From assembly GCF_009914755.1 (NCBI RefSeq), contig NC_060935.1: a stretch of 64,000 nucleotides of DNA, one strand, 5' to 3'. Each line of letters opens with the position of its first letter. The stretch's first letter is position 1. Below the pieces are notes generated by a model. That model saw nothing but the letters and a program-made list of their open reading frames with translations. It ran no database searches and was not told the origin of the DNA. Position numbers and translations under genes: made by a program. Shown in pieces: positions 1 to 14,542 of the stretch. Source of the stretch: the human T2T-CHM13v2.0 reference genome, Homo sapiens.

Positions 1-3000
1 CGCCATTGACCTCAAAGAGCTCCCAAATGTCAATTCACAGAATGGACAAAAACAGTGTTTGCAAACTATGAAATACACAGAAAGGTTGAATTCTGTGAGA
101 TGAATGCACACATCACAAAGCAGTTTATCAGAAAGCTTCTTTCTAGTTTTCTTCTGAAGGTATTTCCTTTTTCACCGTAGGCCTCATTACACTAACAGAT
201 ATCACTTCGCAGATACTCAGAAAACAGGGTTTACAAACTGCTAATTGAAAAGAAAGGTTTAATTTTGTTAGGTGAATGAACACATCATGAAGCAATTTCT
301 CAAATACCTTCATTCTAGTTTTTATATTGGGATATTCACTTTTTCGCCATTGACCTCAAAGAGTTCCTAAATATCCTTTAACAAATTCTACAACAACATT
401 GTTTCCAAACTGCCGAATCAAAAGAAATGTTTCACTCTGTGAAATGAATGTACACATCAGAAAGCAGTTTCTCAGAAAGTTTCTTTCTAGTTTTTATCTG
501 AAGATACTTCCTTTTTCACCATTGGCCTCAAATCGCTCCCAAATATAACTGTGCATATTTTAGAAAAACAGTGTTTCCAAACTGCTGAATGAAAAGAAGG
601 CCTAACTCTGAGAGATGAATGCACCCATCAAAAAGCAGTTTATCAGAGAGCTTCCTTCTAGTTTTTTTTCTTGGGATATTCACTTTCTATACTTTGGCCT
701 CATTAAGCACCCAATTATTCCTTCACTGATCTGCAACCACAGTGTTTCCAAACTGCTGAATACAAAGATAGTTTTAGCTCTGTGAGATGAATGCACACCT
801 CACCAAGCAGTTTCTCAGAAAGCTTCTTTCTATTTTTCATCTGAAGGTATTTCCTTTTTCACCATAGGCCTCAATGTGCTCCCAAATATCTCTTTGCAGA
901 TTCTGCCAAAACAGTGTTTCCAGACTGCTGAATGAAAAGAAATATTTAACTCTGTGAGTTGAATGCACACATCACAAAGCAGTTTCTCAGATAGCTTCCT
1001 TCTAGTTTTTCTCCTGGGATGTTCACTTTTTTGCCATTAGCATAAATGAGCTCCCAAATATCCCTTCTCATATTCTACAACAACAGTGCTTCCAAACAGC
1101 TGAATCCAAAGAATGGTTTAACTCTGTGAGATGAATGCACACATCGCAAAGCACTTTGTCAGAAAGTTACTTTCTAGTTTTTATCTGAAGATATTCCCAT
1201 TTTCACCATAGGCCTCTATGTGCTCCCAGATATCAGTTCTCAGATTCTACAAAAACAGTGTTTCCAAATGGCTGAATGAAAAGCATGTTTTAACTCTGTG
1301 AGATGAATGCACACATCACAAAGCTGTTTCTCAGATTGTTTCCTTCTACTTTTTTTCCTCGGGTGTTTCCTTTTTTGCCATTCACCTTAATGAGCTCCCA
1401 AATATCAATTCGCAGATTCTAAAACTACAGGGGTTCCAAACTGCTGAATCCACAGAAAGGTTTAACCCTGTGAGATGAATACACGCATCACAAAGCAGTT
1501 TCTCAGAAACCTTCTTTCTAATTTTTACATGAAGATATTTCCTTTTAAACCATAGGCTTCAATGAGCTCCCAAATATCCTTTCACAGAATGGAAAAAAAC
1601 AGTGTTGCAAACGACTGAATCCACAGAAAGGTTTAGCTCTATGAGATGAATGCACACATCACAAAGCAGTTTTTCAGAAATCTTCTTTCTAGTTTTTATC
1701 TGAAGATATTTCCTTTTTCACCATAGGCCACTATGCGCTCTGAGATATCCCTTTGCAGATTCTATAAAAACAGTGTTTCCAAACTGCTGAATGAAAAGAA
1801 AGTTTTACTCTATGAGATGAATGCACACATCACAATGTAATTTCTCAGTAAGTGTATTTCTAGTTTTATCTGAAGATATTTCCTTTTTCACCATAGTCCT
1901 GAATGAACTCCAAACATTCCTTTGCATATTCTACCAAAACAGTTTTTCCAGACTGCTGAATGAAAAGAAAGTTTTAACTCTGTGAGGTAAATGCACACAT
2001 CACAAAGTGGTTTGTCAGATAGCTTTCTTCTAGTATTTATCCTGGGATATTTTCTTTTTCACCAGTGACCTAAATGAGCTCCCAAACATCCTTTCGCAGA
2101 TTCTACAACAACACTGTTTCCAAACTGCTGATTTCAAAGAAATGTTTAAATCTATGAGATGAATGCACACCTCAAAAAGCAGTTTCTCAGAAAGCTTCAT
2201 TCTAGTTTTTATCTGAAATTTTTTTTTCAACAAAGGCATGTATGCGCTCCCAATTTTCTCCTCACGTATCCTGTCAAAACAGTGTTTCCAGACTGCTGAA
2301 TGAAAAGAAAAGTTTATCTCTTCAAGGTGAATGCACACATCACAAAGAAGTTTTTTAGAAAGCTTCTTTCTAGTTTTTATCTGAGGATATTACCTTTTTC
2401 AACATAGGCCTTAAACCACTCCCAAATATCCCATCATGGATTCTGCCAAAATAGTGTTTCTAGCCTGTCAGATGAAAATAAGATTTTAACTCTTCGAGAC
2501 GAATGCACACATCACAAAGCAGTTTCTCAGATAGCTTCCTTCTAGCTTGTATCCTAGGATATTCACTCTATCGTCATTGGCTTCTATGAGCTCCCAACTG
2601 TCCATTTGCAGAATGGACAATAATGTTTTCAATGCACTGTATCAAAAGAAAGGTCTAACTCTGTTAGATTAATGCACACAACTCAAAGAAGTTTTTCAAT
2701 AAACTTCTTTCTATTTTTTATCTGAAGATTTTTCCTTTTTCATCATAGGCCTCAAAGCACTCCCAAATATCACTTCACAGATTCTATGAAAATAGTGTTT
2801 CCAAACTGCTGAATGAAAGAAAAGATTTATCTCTGAGAGATGAATGCACACATCACAAAACGGGTTCTCAGATAGCTTCCTTCTAGTTTTTTCCTGGGAT
2901 ATTCAATTTCTCACATTTGGACTCATTAAGCTCCCAAATTCCCCTTTGCAGATCCTACAACAACAGAGTTTCCAAACTGCTGAATCTAAAGAAAGGTTTA

Positions 3001-6000
3001 ACTCTCTGAGATGAATGCACACATCACAAAGCAGTTTCTCAGAAAGCTTCTGTCTAATTTTTATCTGATATTTCCTTTTTTCATCATAGACCTCAATGCA
3101 CTCCCAAATATCCCTTCACAGATTCTGCCAAAACATTTTTTCCAGACTGCTGAATGAAAAGAAAATTTTAACTCTGTGAAGCAGATGCTCATGTCACAAA
3201 GCAGTTTCCCAGATAGATTTCTTCTCAAATTTTTCCTGGTATATATTTTTTCTCACTTTTGGCCTCATTAAGCTCCCAAATATCCCTTCACAGATTCTAC
3301 AACAACGGTGTTTCCAAACTGCTGATACCAAAGAAAGGTTTAACTCTGTGAGATATGAATGCACACATCACAAAGCAGTTTCTCAAAAGCTTCTTTCTAG
3401 ATTTATGTGAAGATATTTCCTTTTTCACCATAGGCCTCGATGCACTCCAAAATATCCCTTTGCGGATGTTGTCAAAACTCTGTTTCCAGACTGCAGAATT
3501 AAAAGAAGATTTTAACTCTGTGAAGTGAATGCAGACATCACAAAGCTGTTTCTCAGATTGCTTCCTTCTAGTTTTTATCCTGGAATTTTCACATTTTTGC
3601 CATTGGTCCTAGTGAGCTCATAAATGTCCATTTGCAGAATGGACGAAAACAGTGCTTGCAAACTGCTGAATCCACAGAAAGTTTTAACTCTGTCAGATGA
3701 ATACACACATCACAAAGCAGTTTCTCAGAAAGCTTCTATCTAGTTTTTATCTGAAGATATTGTCTTTTTCACCATAGGCTTCAAATACGCTCCCAGATAT
3801 CCCTTCATAGATACTATAAGAGCAGTGTTTCCAAACTGCTGAATGAAAAGAAAGGTTTAACTCTGTGAGATGAATGCACACATCACAAGCTGGGTTCTCA
3901 GCTAGCTTCCTTCTACTTTTTATCCTGGGACAATCACTTTTTCACCAATGGCCTAAATAAACTCCCAAATATCCATTCGCAGAATGCACAACAACAGTGT
4001 TTTCAATCTGCTGTATCCAAAAAAAGGTTTAACTCTATGAGATGAACGCACACATCTCAAAGCAGTTTCTCAGAAAGCTTTTTTCTAGTTTTAATCTGAG
4101 ATATTTCCTTTTTCATCATAGGCCTCAATGGGCTCAAAGTTATCACCTTGCACATTCTATGAAATTAGAGTTTCCAAACTGCTGAATGAAAAGAAAGGAT
4201 TAGCTCTGAGAAATGCATGCACACATCACAAAGTGGTTTCTTAGATAGCTTCCTTCTAGTATTTATCCTTGGATATTTGCTTTTTTGCTATTGGCCACAA
4301 TGAGCTCCCAAATATCCCTTCGCAGATTCTACAACAACAGAGTTTCCAAACTGCTGAATCCATAAAAAGGCTTAGCTCTGTGGGATGAATGCACACAATA
4401 CACAGCAGTTTCTCAGATAGCTTCCTTCCAGTTGTCACCTGGGATATTTGATTTTTCGATATTGGACTCAATGAGCTCCCAAATGTCCATTTGCAGAATG
4501 GACAAAAACAGTGTTTGCAAATGGCTGAATCCACAGAATGGTTTAACTTTGTGAAATGAATTCACACATCATGAAGGAGTTTCTCAGAAAACTTCTTTCT
4601 AGTCTTTATCTGAAGATATTTCCTTTTTCACCTTAGACCTCAATACTTTCTCTGATATCTCCTTATAGATTCTATGAAAACAATGTTTCCAAACTGCTGA
4701 ATTAAAAGAAAGATTTAACTCTGTGAGAGGAATGCACACATCACAAAGCCGTTTCTCAGATATGTTCCTTCTACTTTTTTTCCTGGGATATTCACTTTTT
4801 TTGCCATTGGCTTCAATGAGCTCCTAAATATCCCTTCACAGATTCTACAACAACAGTGTTTCCAAACCGCTGAAACCAAATAAGTGTTTTACTCTGAGAA
4901 ATGAATGCACACAACAGAAAGCAGTTTCTCAGAAAGCTTCTTTCTAGTTTTTATCTGTAGATATTATTTCCTTTTTCACCATAGGCTTCAATGCACTCCC
5001 AAATATAACTGTGCAGTTTCTGCAAAAACAGTGTTTCCAAACTGCTGAATGAAAAGAAAGGTTTAACTCTGGGAGATGAATGCACCCATCACAAAGTGGT
5101 TTCCCAGATAGCTTACTTCTAGTGTTTTTGCTGGAATGTTCCCTTTCTTGCCTTTGGCCTCATTATGCACCAAAGTATCCCTTTGCAGGATCTGCAACAA
5201 CAGTGTATCCAAATTGCTGAATCCAAAGGAAGGTTTAACTCTGTGAGATGAATGCACACCTCACAAAGCAGTCTCTCAGAAGCTTTTTTCTAGTTTTTAT
5301 CTGAAGGTATTTCCTTTTTCACCATGGGTCTCAATGTGCTCCCAAATATCCCTTTGTGGATTCTGCCAAAACAGTGTTTCCAGAGTGCAGAATGAAAACA
5401 AAATTCTAACTCTGTGAGTTGAATGCACACATCACCAAGCAGTTTCTCAGATAGCTTCCTTCTAGTTTTTATCCTGGGATGTTTCCTTTTTCACCACTGG
5501 CCTCAGTGAGCTCCCAAATATCCCTTCACAGATTCTAAAACTACAGTGATTCCAAAATGCTGAATCCAAAAAAAGGTTTAACTCTGTGAGATGAATGCAG
5601 CCATCAGAAAGCAATTTATCAGAAATCTTCTTTCTAATTTTTATGTGAATATATTTCCTTTTTCACCATAGGCCTCAATGAACTCCCAAGCTTCCCTTCA
5701 CAGATGGACAAAAACAGTGTTTGCAAATGGCTGAATCCACAGAAAGGTTTAACACTGTGAGGTGAATGCACACATCACAAAGTAGTTTCTCAGAAGCTTT
5801 CTTTCTAGTTTTTATCTGAAGATATCTTCTTTTTCACCACAAGCCTCAATGTGCTCCTAAATATCCCTTCGTGGATTTGCCAAAACAGTGTTTACAGACG
5901 ACTGAATGAAAAGAAGATTTTAACCCTGCGAGATGAATGCATACATCACAAAGAGGTTTATCAGATAGCTTCCTTCTGGTTTTTATCCTGGGATATTTGC

Positions 6001-9000
6001 TTTTTTGCCATTGGCCTCAAAGAGCTCGCGAATGTCCATTCTCAGAATGGACAAAAACAGTGTTTGCAAACTGCTGAATCCACAGAAAGTTTTAACTCTT
6101 TGAGGTGAATGTGTATATCACAAAGCAGTGTCTCACAAAGATTCTTTCTAGTTTTTAGCTCAAGGTACTTGCTTTTTCACTATAGACCTCAATGCTATCC
6201 TAGATGTTACCGTGCAGATTCTATGAAAACAGTGTTTCCAAACTGCTGAATGAAAAGAAAGGTTTAATTCTGTGAGATGAATGCACACAGCACAAACTGG
6301 TTTCTCAGATTGCTTCCTTCTAGTTTTTATCCTGGGATATTTGCTTTTTCACCATTGGCCTCAATGAGCTCCAAAATGTCCATTTGCAGAATGGACAAAA
6401 ACAGTGTTTGCAAATGGCTGGATTCACAGAAAATTTTATCTCTGTCAGGTGAATGCACACATCCCAGAGCAGTTTCTTAGAAAACTTCTTTCTATTTTTT
6501 ATCTGAAGATATTTCCTTTCCCACCATAGGACTCAATGCACTCTCAGATATCCCTTGGTAGATTCTACAAAAACAGTGTTTCCAAACTGCTGATGGAAAA
6601 GAAAAGTTTAACTCTGTGGGATTAATGCAGACTTCTCAAAGTGGCATCTCAAATAGCTTCCTTCTAATTTTTATCCTTGATGTTCTCTTTTTCACCATCG
6701 GTCTCAATGAGCTCCCACACATCCCTTCACAGATTCTGCAACAACAGTGTTTCAAAACTGCTGATCCAAAGAAAGATTTAACTATGTGAGGTGAATGCAC
6801 ATGTCTCAAAGAAGTTTCTCAGAAAGCTTCTTTCTAGTTTTTATTTGAAGATATTTCATTTTTCATCATGGGCCTCAATGCGCTCCAAGATATCACTTTG
6901 CAGATTCTATGAAAACAGTGTTTCCAAACAGCTGAATGAAAAGAATGGTTTATCTGTGAGAGATGAATGAACGCATCACAAAGCACTTTCTCAGAGAGCT
7001 TCCTTCTAGATTTTTTCCTGGGATATTCACTTTCTCATATGCTACAACAGCAGATGCTACAACAACAGTGGTTCCAAACTGCTGAATCCAAAGAAAGTCT
7101 TAACTCTGTGAGATGAATGCATACATCACAAAGCAGTTTTTCAGAAAGCTCCTTTCTAGTTTTTACCTGAAGATATTTCCTTTTTCACCAAAGGCCACAA
7201 TGTGTTCCAAGATGTCCTTTTGCAGATTCTACAAAAACAGTGTTTCCAAACGGCTGGCATCACAAAGCCGGTTCTCAGATTGCATCCCTCTAGTTTTTAT
7301 TCTGGAATATTCACTTTTTCACCATTGGCCTCAATGAGCTCCCAAATGTCCATTCGCAGAATGGACAAAAACAGTGCTTGCAAACAGCTGAATCCTCAGA
7401 AAGGTTTAACTTTGTCACATGAACGTACACATCAAAAATAAGTTTCTCAAAAGCTTCTTTCTAGTTTTTATCTGAAGATATTTCTTTTTTCACCATAGGC
7501 CTCAATGCATTCCCTTATAACACTTAACAGATTCTATGAAAAAACTCTTTCCAAACTCCTGAACGAAAAGAAAATTTTAAATCGTGAGATGAATGCACAC
7601 GTCACAAAGCAGTTTCTCAGAAAGCTCCTTTCTGGTTTTTATCTGAAGATACTTCTTTTTTAAACATAGGCCTCAATGAGCTCCCAAATATCCCTTCACA
7701 GATTCTACAACAACAGTTTCCAAACTGCTGATTCCAAAGAAAGGTTTAACTCTGTGAGATTAATGCACACATCACAAAGCAGTTTCTCAGATAACTTCCT
7801 TCTAGTTTTTATTCTGGGATATTTTCTTTTTTGCCATTGGCTTTGATGAGCTCCCAAATGTCCAGTGGCAGAATAGTCAAAAACAGTGTTTTAAGCTGCT
7901 GAATACACAGAAATATTTAACTCTGTGGGATGAATGCACACATCTCAAAGCAGTCTCTCAGAAAGCTTCTTTCTAGTTTTTATCAGAAGATATTCCCTTT
8001 TTCACCATGGACCTCAATGAGCTCTGTGTTATCCCTTCGCAGATTCTATGAAAACAGTGTTTCCAAACTGGTGAATGCAAAGAAAGTTTTAACTCTGTGA
8101 GATACATGCACACATCACAAACCATTTTCTCAGATTGCATCCTTCCAGTTTTTTTCCTGGGTAATTTGCTTTTTGGCTGTTTGTCTTAATGAGCTCCCAA
8201 ATATCCCTTCACAGATTCTGAAACAAAAGTGTTTCCAAACTGCTGAATCTAAAGAAAGGTTTAAATCTGTGCAATGAATGCACACATCACAAAGCAGTTT
8301 CTCAAAATCTTCTTTCTAGATTTATTGGAAGATATTTCCTTTTTCACCTTTGGCCTCAATGTGCTCCCAGATATCACTTCACAGGTTTTATGAAAACACC
8401 GTTCCCAAAGTCCCGAAAGAAAAGAAAGATTTAAATCTGCAAGATGAGTGCACATATCACAAAGCAGTTTCTCAGAAAGCTTGTTTCTACTTTTATCTGA
8501 AGATATTTCCTTTTTTAAACAGAAGCCTCAATGAGCTCCAAAATGTCCCTTTGTGGATTCTGCCAAAACAGGTTTTCCAAACTGCTGAATAAAAATAAAG
8601 TTTTAAATCTGCGAGATGAATGCACATAACAAAGTGGTTTGTCAGATAGATTTCTTCCAGTTTTTTTCCTGGGATATTCAATTTTTCACCATTTACCTCA
8701 ATGAGCTCCCAAATATCCTTTCTCAGATTCTGGGACAACAACGTTTCCAAACTGAGGAATTCAAAGGAAGGTTTAACTCTATAAGATGAATGCACACATC
8801 AAAAAGCAGTTTCTCAAAATCTTCTGTCTAGATTTATCTGAAGATATTTCCTTTTTCACAATAGGCCTCAATGCGCTACCAGATATCCATTCTTACATTC
8901 TGCCAAAAAAGTTTTCTCAGACTGCTGAATGAAAAGAGAGGTTTAACTCTGCTAGATGAATGCATGCATCACAAAGTGGTTTCTCAGATTGCTTCCTTCT

Positions 9001-12000
9001 AGTTTTTATCCTGGGATATTCGCTTTCTCACCATTAGCCTCAATGAGCTCCCAAGTGTCCTTTTGCAGAATGGACAAACACAGTGTTTGCAAACAGCTGA
9101 ATCCACAGAAATTTTTAACTCTGTGCGATGAATGCACACATCACAAAGCAGTTTTTTGGAAAGCTTCTTTCGAGTTTTTATTGGAAAATATTTCCTTACA
9201 TAGGCCTCAGTGTGCTCCCAGATATCCCTTCACAGATTCTAGGAAACCAGTGTTTTCAAACTGCTTAATGAAAAGTAAGGTTTAACCCTGTGAGATGAAT
9301 GCACACATCACAAAGCTGTTTCTCAGATAGCTTCCTTCTAATTTTTATCCTGGGATATTCTCTTTTTTGCCATCGACCTCAATGAGCTCCCAAATATTCC
9401 TTCACAGATTCTATGACAACAGAGTTTCCAAACTGATGAATCCAAAGAAAGTTTTAACTCTGTGAGACGAATGCACACATCACTAAAGCAGTTTCTCAGA
9501 TAGCTTCCTTCTAGTTTTTATTCTGGGATATTCTCTTTTTCGCTATTGGCTTTAATGAGCTCTCAAATGTCCAGTCACAGATGGTCAAAAACAGTGTTTC
9601 CAAACTTCTGAATCCACAGAAATGTTTAACTCTGTGAGATGAATGCACACATCACAAAGCAGTCTCTCAGAAAGCTTCTTTCTAGTTTTTATCTGAAGAT
9701 ATTTCCTTTTTCACTATAGGCCTCAATGAGTTCTGAATTAACCCTTTGCAGATTGTACAAAAACAGTGTTACCAAACTGCTGAATGCAAAGAAAAATTTA
9801 ACTCTGTGAGATAAATGCACATAACAGAAATCGTTTTCTCAGAATGCTTCCCTCTAGTTTTTTCCTGGGAAATTGGCTTTTTCACCATTCACCTTAATGA
9901 GCTCCCAAATATCCCTTCACAAGTTCTAAAACAAGAGTTTTTCCAAACTGCTGAATCCAAAGAAAGTTTAACTCTGGGTGATGAATGCACACATCACAAA
10001 GCAGTTTCTTAGAAAGCTTCTTTCTAATTTTTATATGAATGTATTTCCTTTTTTACCAAAGGCCCCAATGTGCTCCCAAATATCCCTTTACAGAATGGAA
10101 AAAAACCGTGTATGCAAACGGCTGAATCCTCCCAATTGTTTAACTCTGTGAGGTGAATGCTCACCTCACAAAGCAGTTACTATGAAAATATTCACTTTTT
10201 CTCCATGGGCCTCAGTGAGCTCCCTGATATACCGTCAAAGATTCTACAACGACAGTGTTTCCAACTGTCAAATCCAAAGAAATGTTTAACTCTGTGAGAT
10301 GAATGCACATATCACAAAGCAGTTTCCCAGGAAGCTTCTTTCTAGTGTTTATCTGAAGATATTTCCTTTTTCACCATAGGCCTCTATGCAATCATAAATA
10401 TCACTACTTGGCATATCGTGTCAAAACAGGGTTTCCAGACTACTGAATGAAAAGAAGGTTTTAAGGTTGCTAGGTGATTGCACAAATCAAAAAGCGGTTT
10501 CTCAGATAGCTTAATTCCAATATTGATAATGGGATATTCGCTTATTCGTCATTGGCCTCAATGAGCTCCTAAATGTCCATTTGCAGAATGGACAAAAACA
10601 GTGTTTCTAGACTGCTGAATGAAAATAAAGGTTTTTCTCTGCAAAGTGAATGCACATATCACAAAGAGGTTTCTCAGATAGCTTCCTTCCAGTTTTTATA
10701 AAGGGATATTTGCTTTTTTCCTTTGGCCTCAATGAGTTCCCAGATACCCCTTTGCAGATTCTACAACAGTGTTTCTAAACTGCTTAATGAAAAAAAAGTT
10801 TTAACTCTGTGAGATGAATGCACACATCACAAAGCAGTTTCTCAGATTACTTCCCTCTGGTTTTATTCCTTGGGTATTCACTTTTTTGACATTTGCTTTA
10901 ATCAGTTCTCAAATATCCCTTCAGAGATCCTAAAACAACAGTGTTTCCAAACAGCCCAGTGAAAAGAAAGATTTAACTCTGTGAGATGAATGCACACATC
11001 ACAAAGCAGTTTCTCAGAAAATTTCTTTCTAATTTTTATGTGAAGATATTCCCTTTTTCACCATAGGCCTCAATGCACTCCCTAATATGCCTTTGCAGAA
11101 TGGACAAAAACAGTGTTAGCAAATGGCTGAATCCACAGAAAGGATTAACCCTGTGAGATGAATGCACACATCACAAAGCGGATTCTCAGAGAGCTTCTTT
11201 CTAGTTTTTATCTGAAGATATTTCCTTTTTCACCATGGGCCTCAATGTGATCCCAGATATCACTTTGCAGATTCTACGAAAGCAGTGTTTCCAAACTGCT
11301 GATTGAACAGAAAGGTTTAACTCTGTGAGATGAATGCATGCATAACTAAGCAGTTTCTCAGAAAGCATCTTTCTATTTTGTATCTAAATATATTTTCTTT
11401 TTCTCATAGGCCTCAATGCACTCCCATATATCCCATGGAGGATTTTACAAAAACAGTGTTTCCAGACTGCTGAATGAAAAGAAAGGTTATCTCTGCGAGG
11501 TGAATTCACACATCACAAAGAGGTTTCTAAGATAGTTTCCTTTCAGTTTTTATGCATGGATGTTCACTTTTTTGCCTCTGGTCTCCATGAGCACCAAATT
11601 GTCCATTGGCCTAATGGACAAAAACAGTGTTTGCAAACTGCTGAATCCAAATAAAGTTTTAACTCTGTGAGATGAATGCTGATATCCCAGAGCAGACTCT
11701 CAGAAAGCTTCTTTCTAGTTTTTATCTGAAGAGATTTCCTTTTCACCATAGGCCTAAATGCACTCCCAAATATCACTTCGCAGATATTTGAAAACAGTGT
11801 TTTGAAACTGCTGAATGAAATGAAAGGTTTAATTCTGCCAGATGAATGCACACATCACAAAGTGGTTTCACAAAGAGCTTCCTTCTAGTTTTTGTCCTGG
11901 GATATTCACTTTTTCCATTGGCTCAATGAGCTCTCAAATGCACATTTGCAGAATGGATAAAAACAGTGTTTACAAAATGCTGAATCCACAGAAAGTTTTA

Positions 12001-14542
12001 ACTCTGTGAGATGAATGCATACATCACAGGGTAGTTTCTCTGAAAGCTTCTTTCTAGATTTTATCTGAAGATATGTTCTTTTTCACCATAGGGCTAAATG
12101 CATTCCAAAATATCCCTTTTGGGATTCTGTCAAAACAGTGTTTCCTGATTTCTGAATAAAAGAAAGCTTTATCTCTGTGAGGTGAATGCAAACATCACTA
12201 AGTGGTTTCTCAGATAGCTTCTTTCCAGTTTTTATCCTGGGATATTTGCGTTTTCATCATTGGCCTCAATGAGCTCCCAAATATCCCTTCACAGATTCTA
12301 CAATAACAGTGTTTCCAAATTGGTGAACCCAAAGAAATTTTGAACTCTGTGAGATGAATGCATACATCTCAAAGAAGTTTCTCAGAAAGCTTCTTTCTAG
12401 TATTTATCTGAAGATATTTCCTTTTTCACCATAGGCCCCAATATGCTCCCAAATGTCCCTTTGCAATCACTAAAAAAACAGTGTTTTCAAACTGCTGAAT
12501 ATAAATGAATGTTTAACTCTCCGAGATGAATGCACACATCACAAAGCTGTTTCTCAGAATGCTTCTATCTAGTTTTTATCTGAAGGTATTTTCTCTTTCA
12601 CCATAGATCTCAATACATTCCTAAATAACGTTTCCTGATTCTACAAGTGTGCTTCCACACTGCTGAATGTATAGAAAAGTTTACATCTGTGAAGTGAATG
12701 CTGACATCCCATAGCGGTTTCTCAGGTAGCTTCCTTCTTGTTTTTATCCTGGGATATTCACTTTTTTGCTATTCACGTCAATGAGCTCTGAAATATCCAT
12801 TTGCAGAAAGGACAAAAACGGTGTCTCCAAACTGCTGAATCAAAAGAAAGGTTTAAGTCTGTGAGATGAGTGCACACATCACAAAGCAGTGTCTCAGAAA
12901 CTTTATTTCTAGTTTTTATCTGAAGATATTTCCCTTTTCTCATTAGGAATCAATGTGCTCCCAAATACTCCCCCTCAGATTCTACAAAAACGGTGTTTCA
13001 AAACTGGTGATTGAAAGGAAAGGTTTAGCTCCATGAGATGAATGCACACATCACCAAGCAGTTTCCCAGTGTGCTTCCTTCTAGTTTTTATGCTGGTATA
13101 CTTGCTTTTTCAAAATTGGCCTCAAAGAGCTCCCAAATGTCCATTGGCAGAATAGACAACAACAGTGTTTTCAAACTGTAGAAATAAAATCAATTTTAAC
13201 TCTGAAAGACGAATGCACGTATCACAAAGCACTATTTCAGATATGTTCCCCCTAGTTTATATCCAGGGATATTCACTTTTTCTCCATTTGTCTCAATGAG
13301 CTCCCAAATGTCCATTCACATAATAGATAAAAACAGTGTTTTAACACTATTGAATCAAAAGAAAGGTTTAACTCTGTGAGTTGAGTGCACCCATCACAAA
13401 GCAGTTTCCCTAAAAGATTCTTTTTAGGTTTATCTGAAGGTGTTTCTTTTTTCACCACAGGCCTCAATGCATTCCTAATATCCCTTGGCAGATTCTAGAA
13501 ATACAGTGTTTCCAAACCGATGAATGTAAAGAAAGGTTTTGCTCTGCTAGATGAATGCACACATCAGAAAGTGGTTTCTCAGGTAGGTTCCTTCTAGTTT
13601 TTATCCTGGGATAATCACTGTTTCACCATTGTTCTCAATGAGCCCCAAATTGTCCATTCGCAGAATGGACAAAAACAGGTTTTCAATACTGCTGAATCCA
13701 AAGAAAGGTTTAATTCTGAGATACGAATGCACACAACAAAAAGCAGCTTCTCAGATAGCTTCTTTCTAGTTTTTATCTGAATATGGTTCCCTTTTCACCA
13801 TAAACCTTAGTGCACTCCTAAATATCCTTTCACAGACTCTACAAAAACATTGTTTCCAAACTGCTGAATGAACAGAAAAATTTAATTCTGCCACACGAAT
13901 TCACACATCCCAAAGTGGTTTCTTTGTTAGCTTTCTTCTATTTATTATCCTGGGATATTTGCCTTTTTGCCTTTGGCGTCAATGAGCTCACAATTGTCCA
14001 TTTGCAGAATGGTCAAAATAGTGTTTCCAAAATGCAGAATCAAAAGAAAGTTTTCATTCTGAGAGCTGAATGCACACATCACAAAGCAGTATCTCAGAAG
14101 GCTTCTTTCTAGTTTTTATCTGTAGAAATTTCCTTTTTCACCTTTAGCTTCAATGTGCTCCCAAACATCCCCTCGCAGAATCTACAAAAGGGTGTTTCTA
14201 AACTGCTGAATCAGCAGAAAGTTTTACCTAAGTTAGATGAATGCAGACATCACAAAGAAGTTTCTCAGAAAGTTTCTTTCTATTTTTTATCAGAAGATAC
14301 TTTCTTTTTCACCATAGTCCTCAACATTCTCCTAAATATGCCTTCACAGATTCTACAAAAATAAGTTTTTCCAAACTACTGAATAAAAAGAAAGGTTTAA
14401 CTGTGGCGTGAATGCACACATTACAAAGTGGTATCTCAGATAGCTTCCTTCTAGTTTTATACGGGAATATTTGTTTTTTCACCATTGGCATCAATGAGCT
14501 CCCAAATGTTGTTTGGTAGAATGGATGAAAACCGTGTTTCCA
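1..14542 (-). repeat. Alpha satellite array, diverged ~171-bp monomers (~85), antisense to the alphoid consensus
   Basis: The motif CTGTGAGATGAATGCACACATCACAAAGCAGTTTCTCAGA recurs every ~171 bp and is the reverse complement of the alphoid core. Neighbouring monomers are clearly diverged. Confidence 0.99.
14527..14542 (+). repeat. Left TSD of L1-A, GAAAACCGTGTTTCCA (right copy 20567-20582)
   Basis: Identical 16-mers flank the element. The site reads AT/GAAAA, resembling an L1 endonuclease target. Confidence 0.97.
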
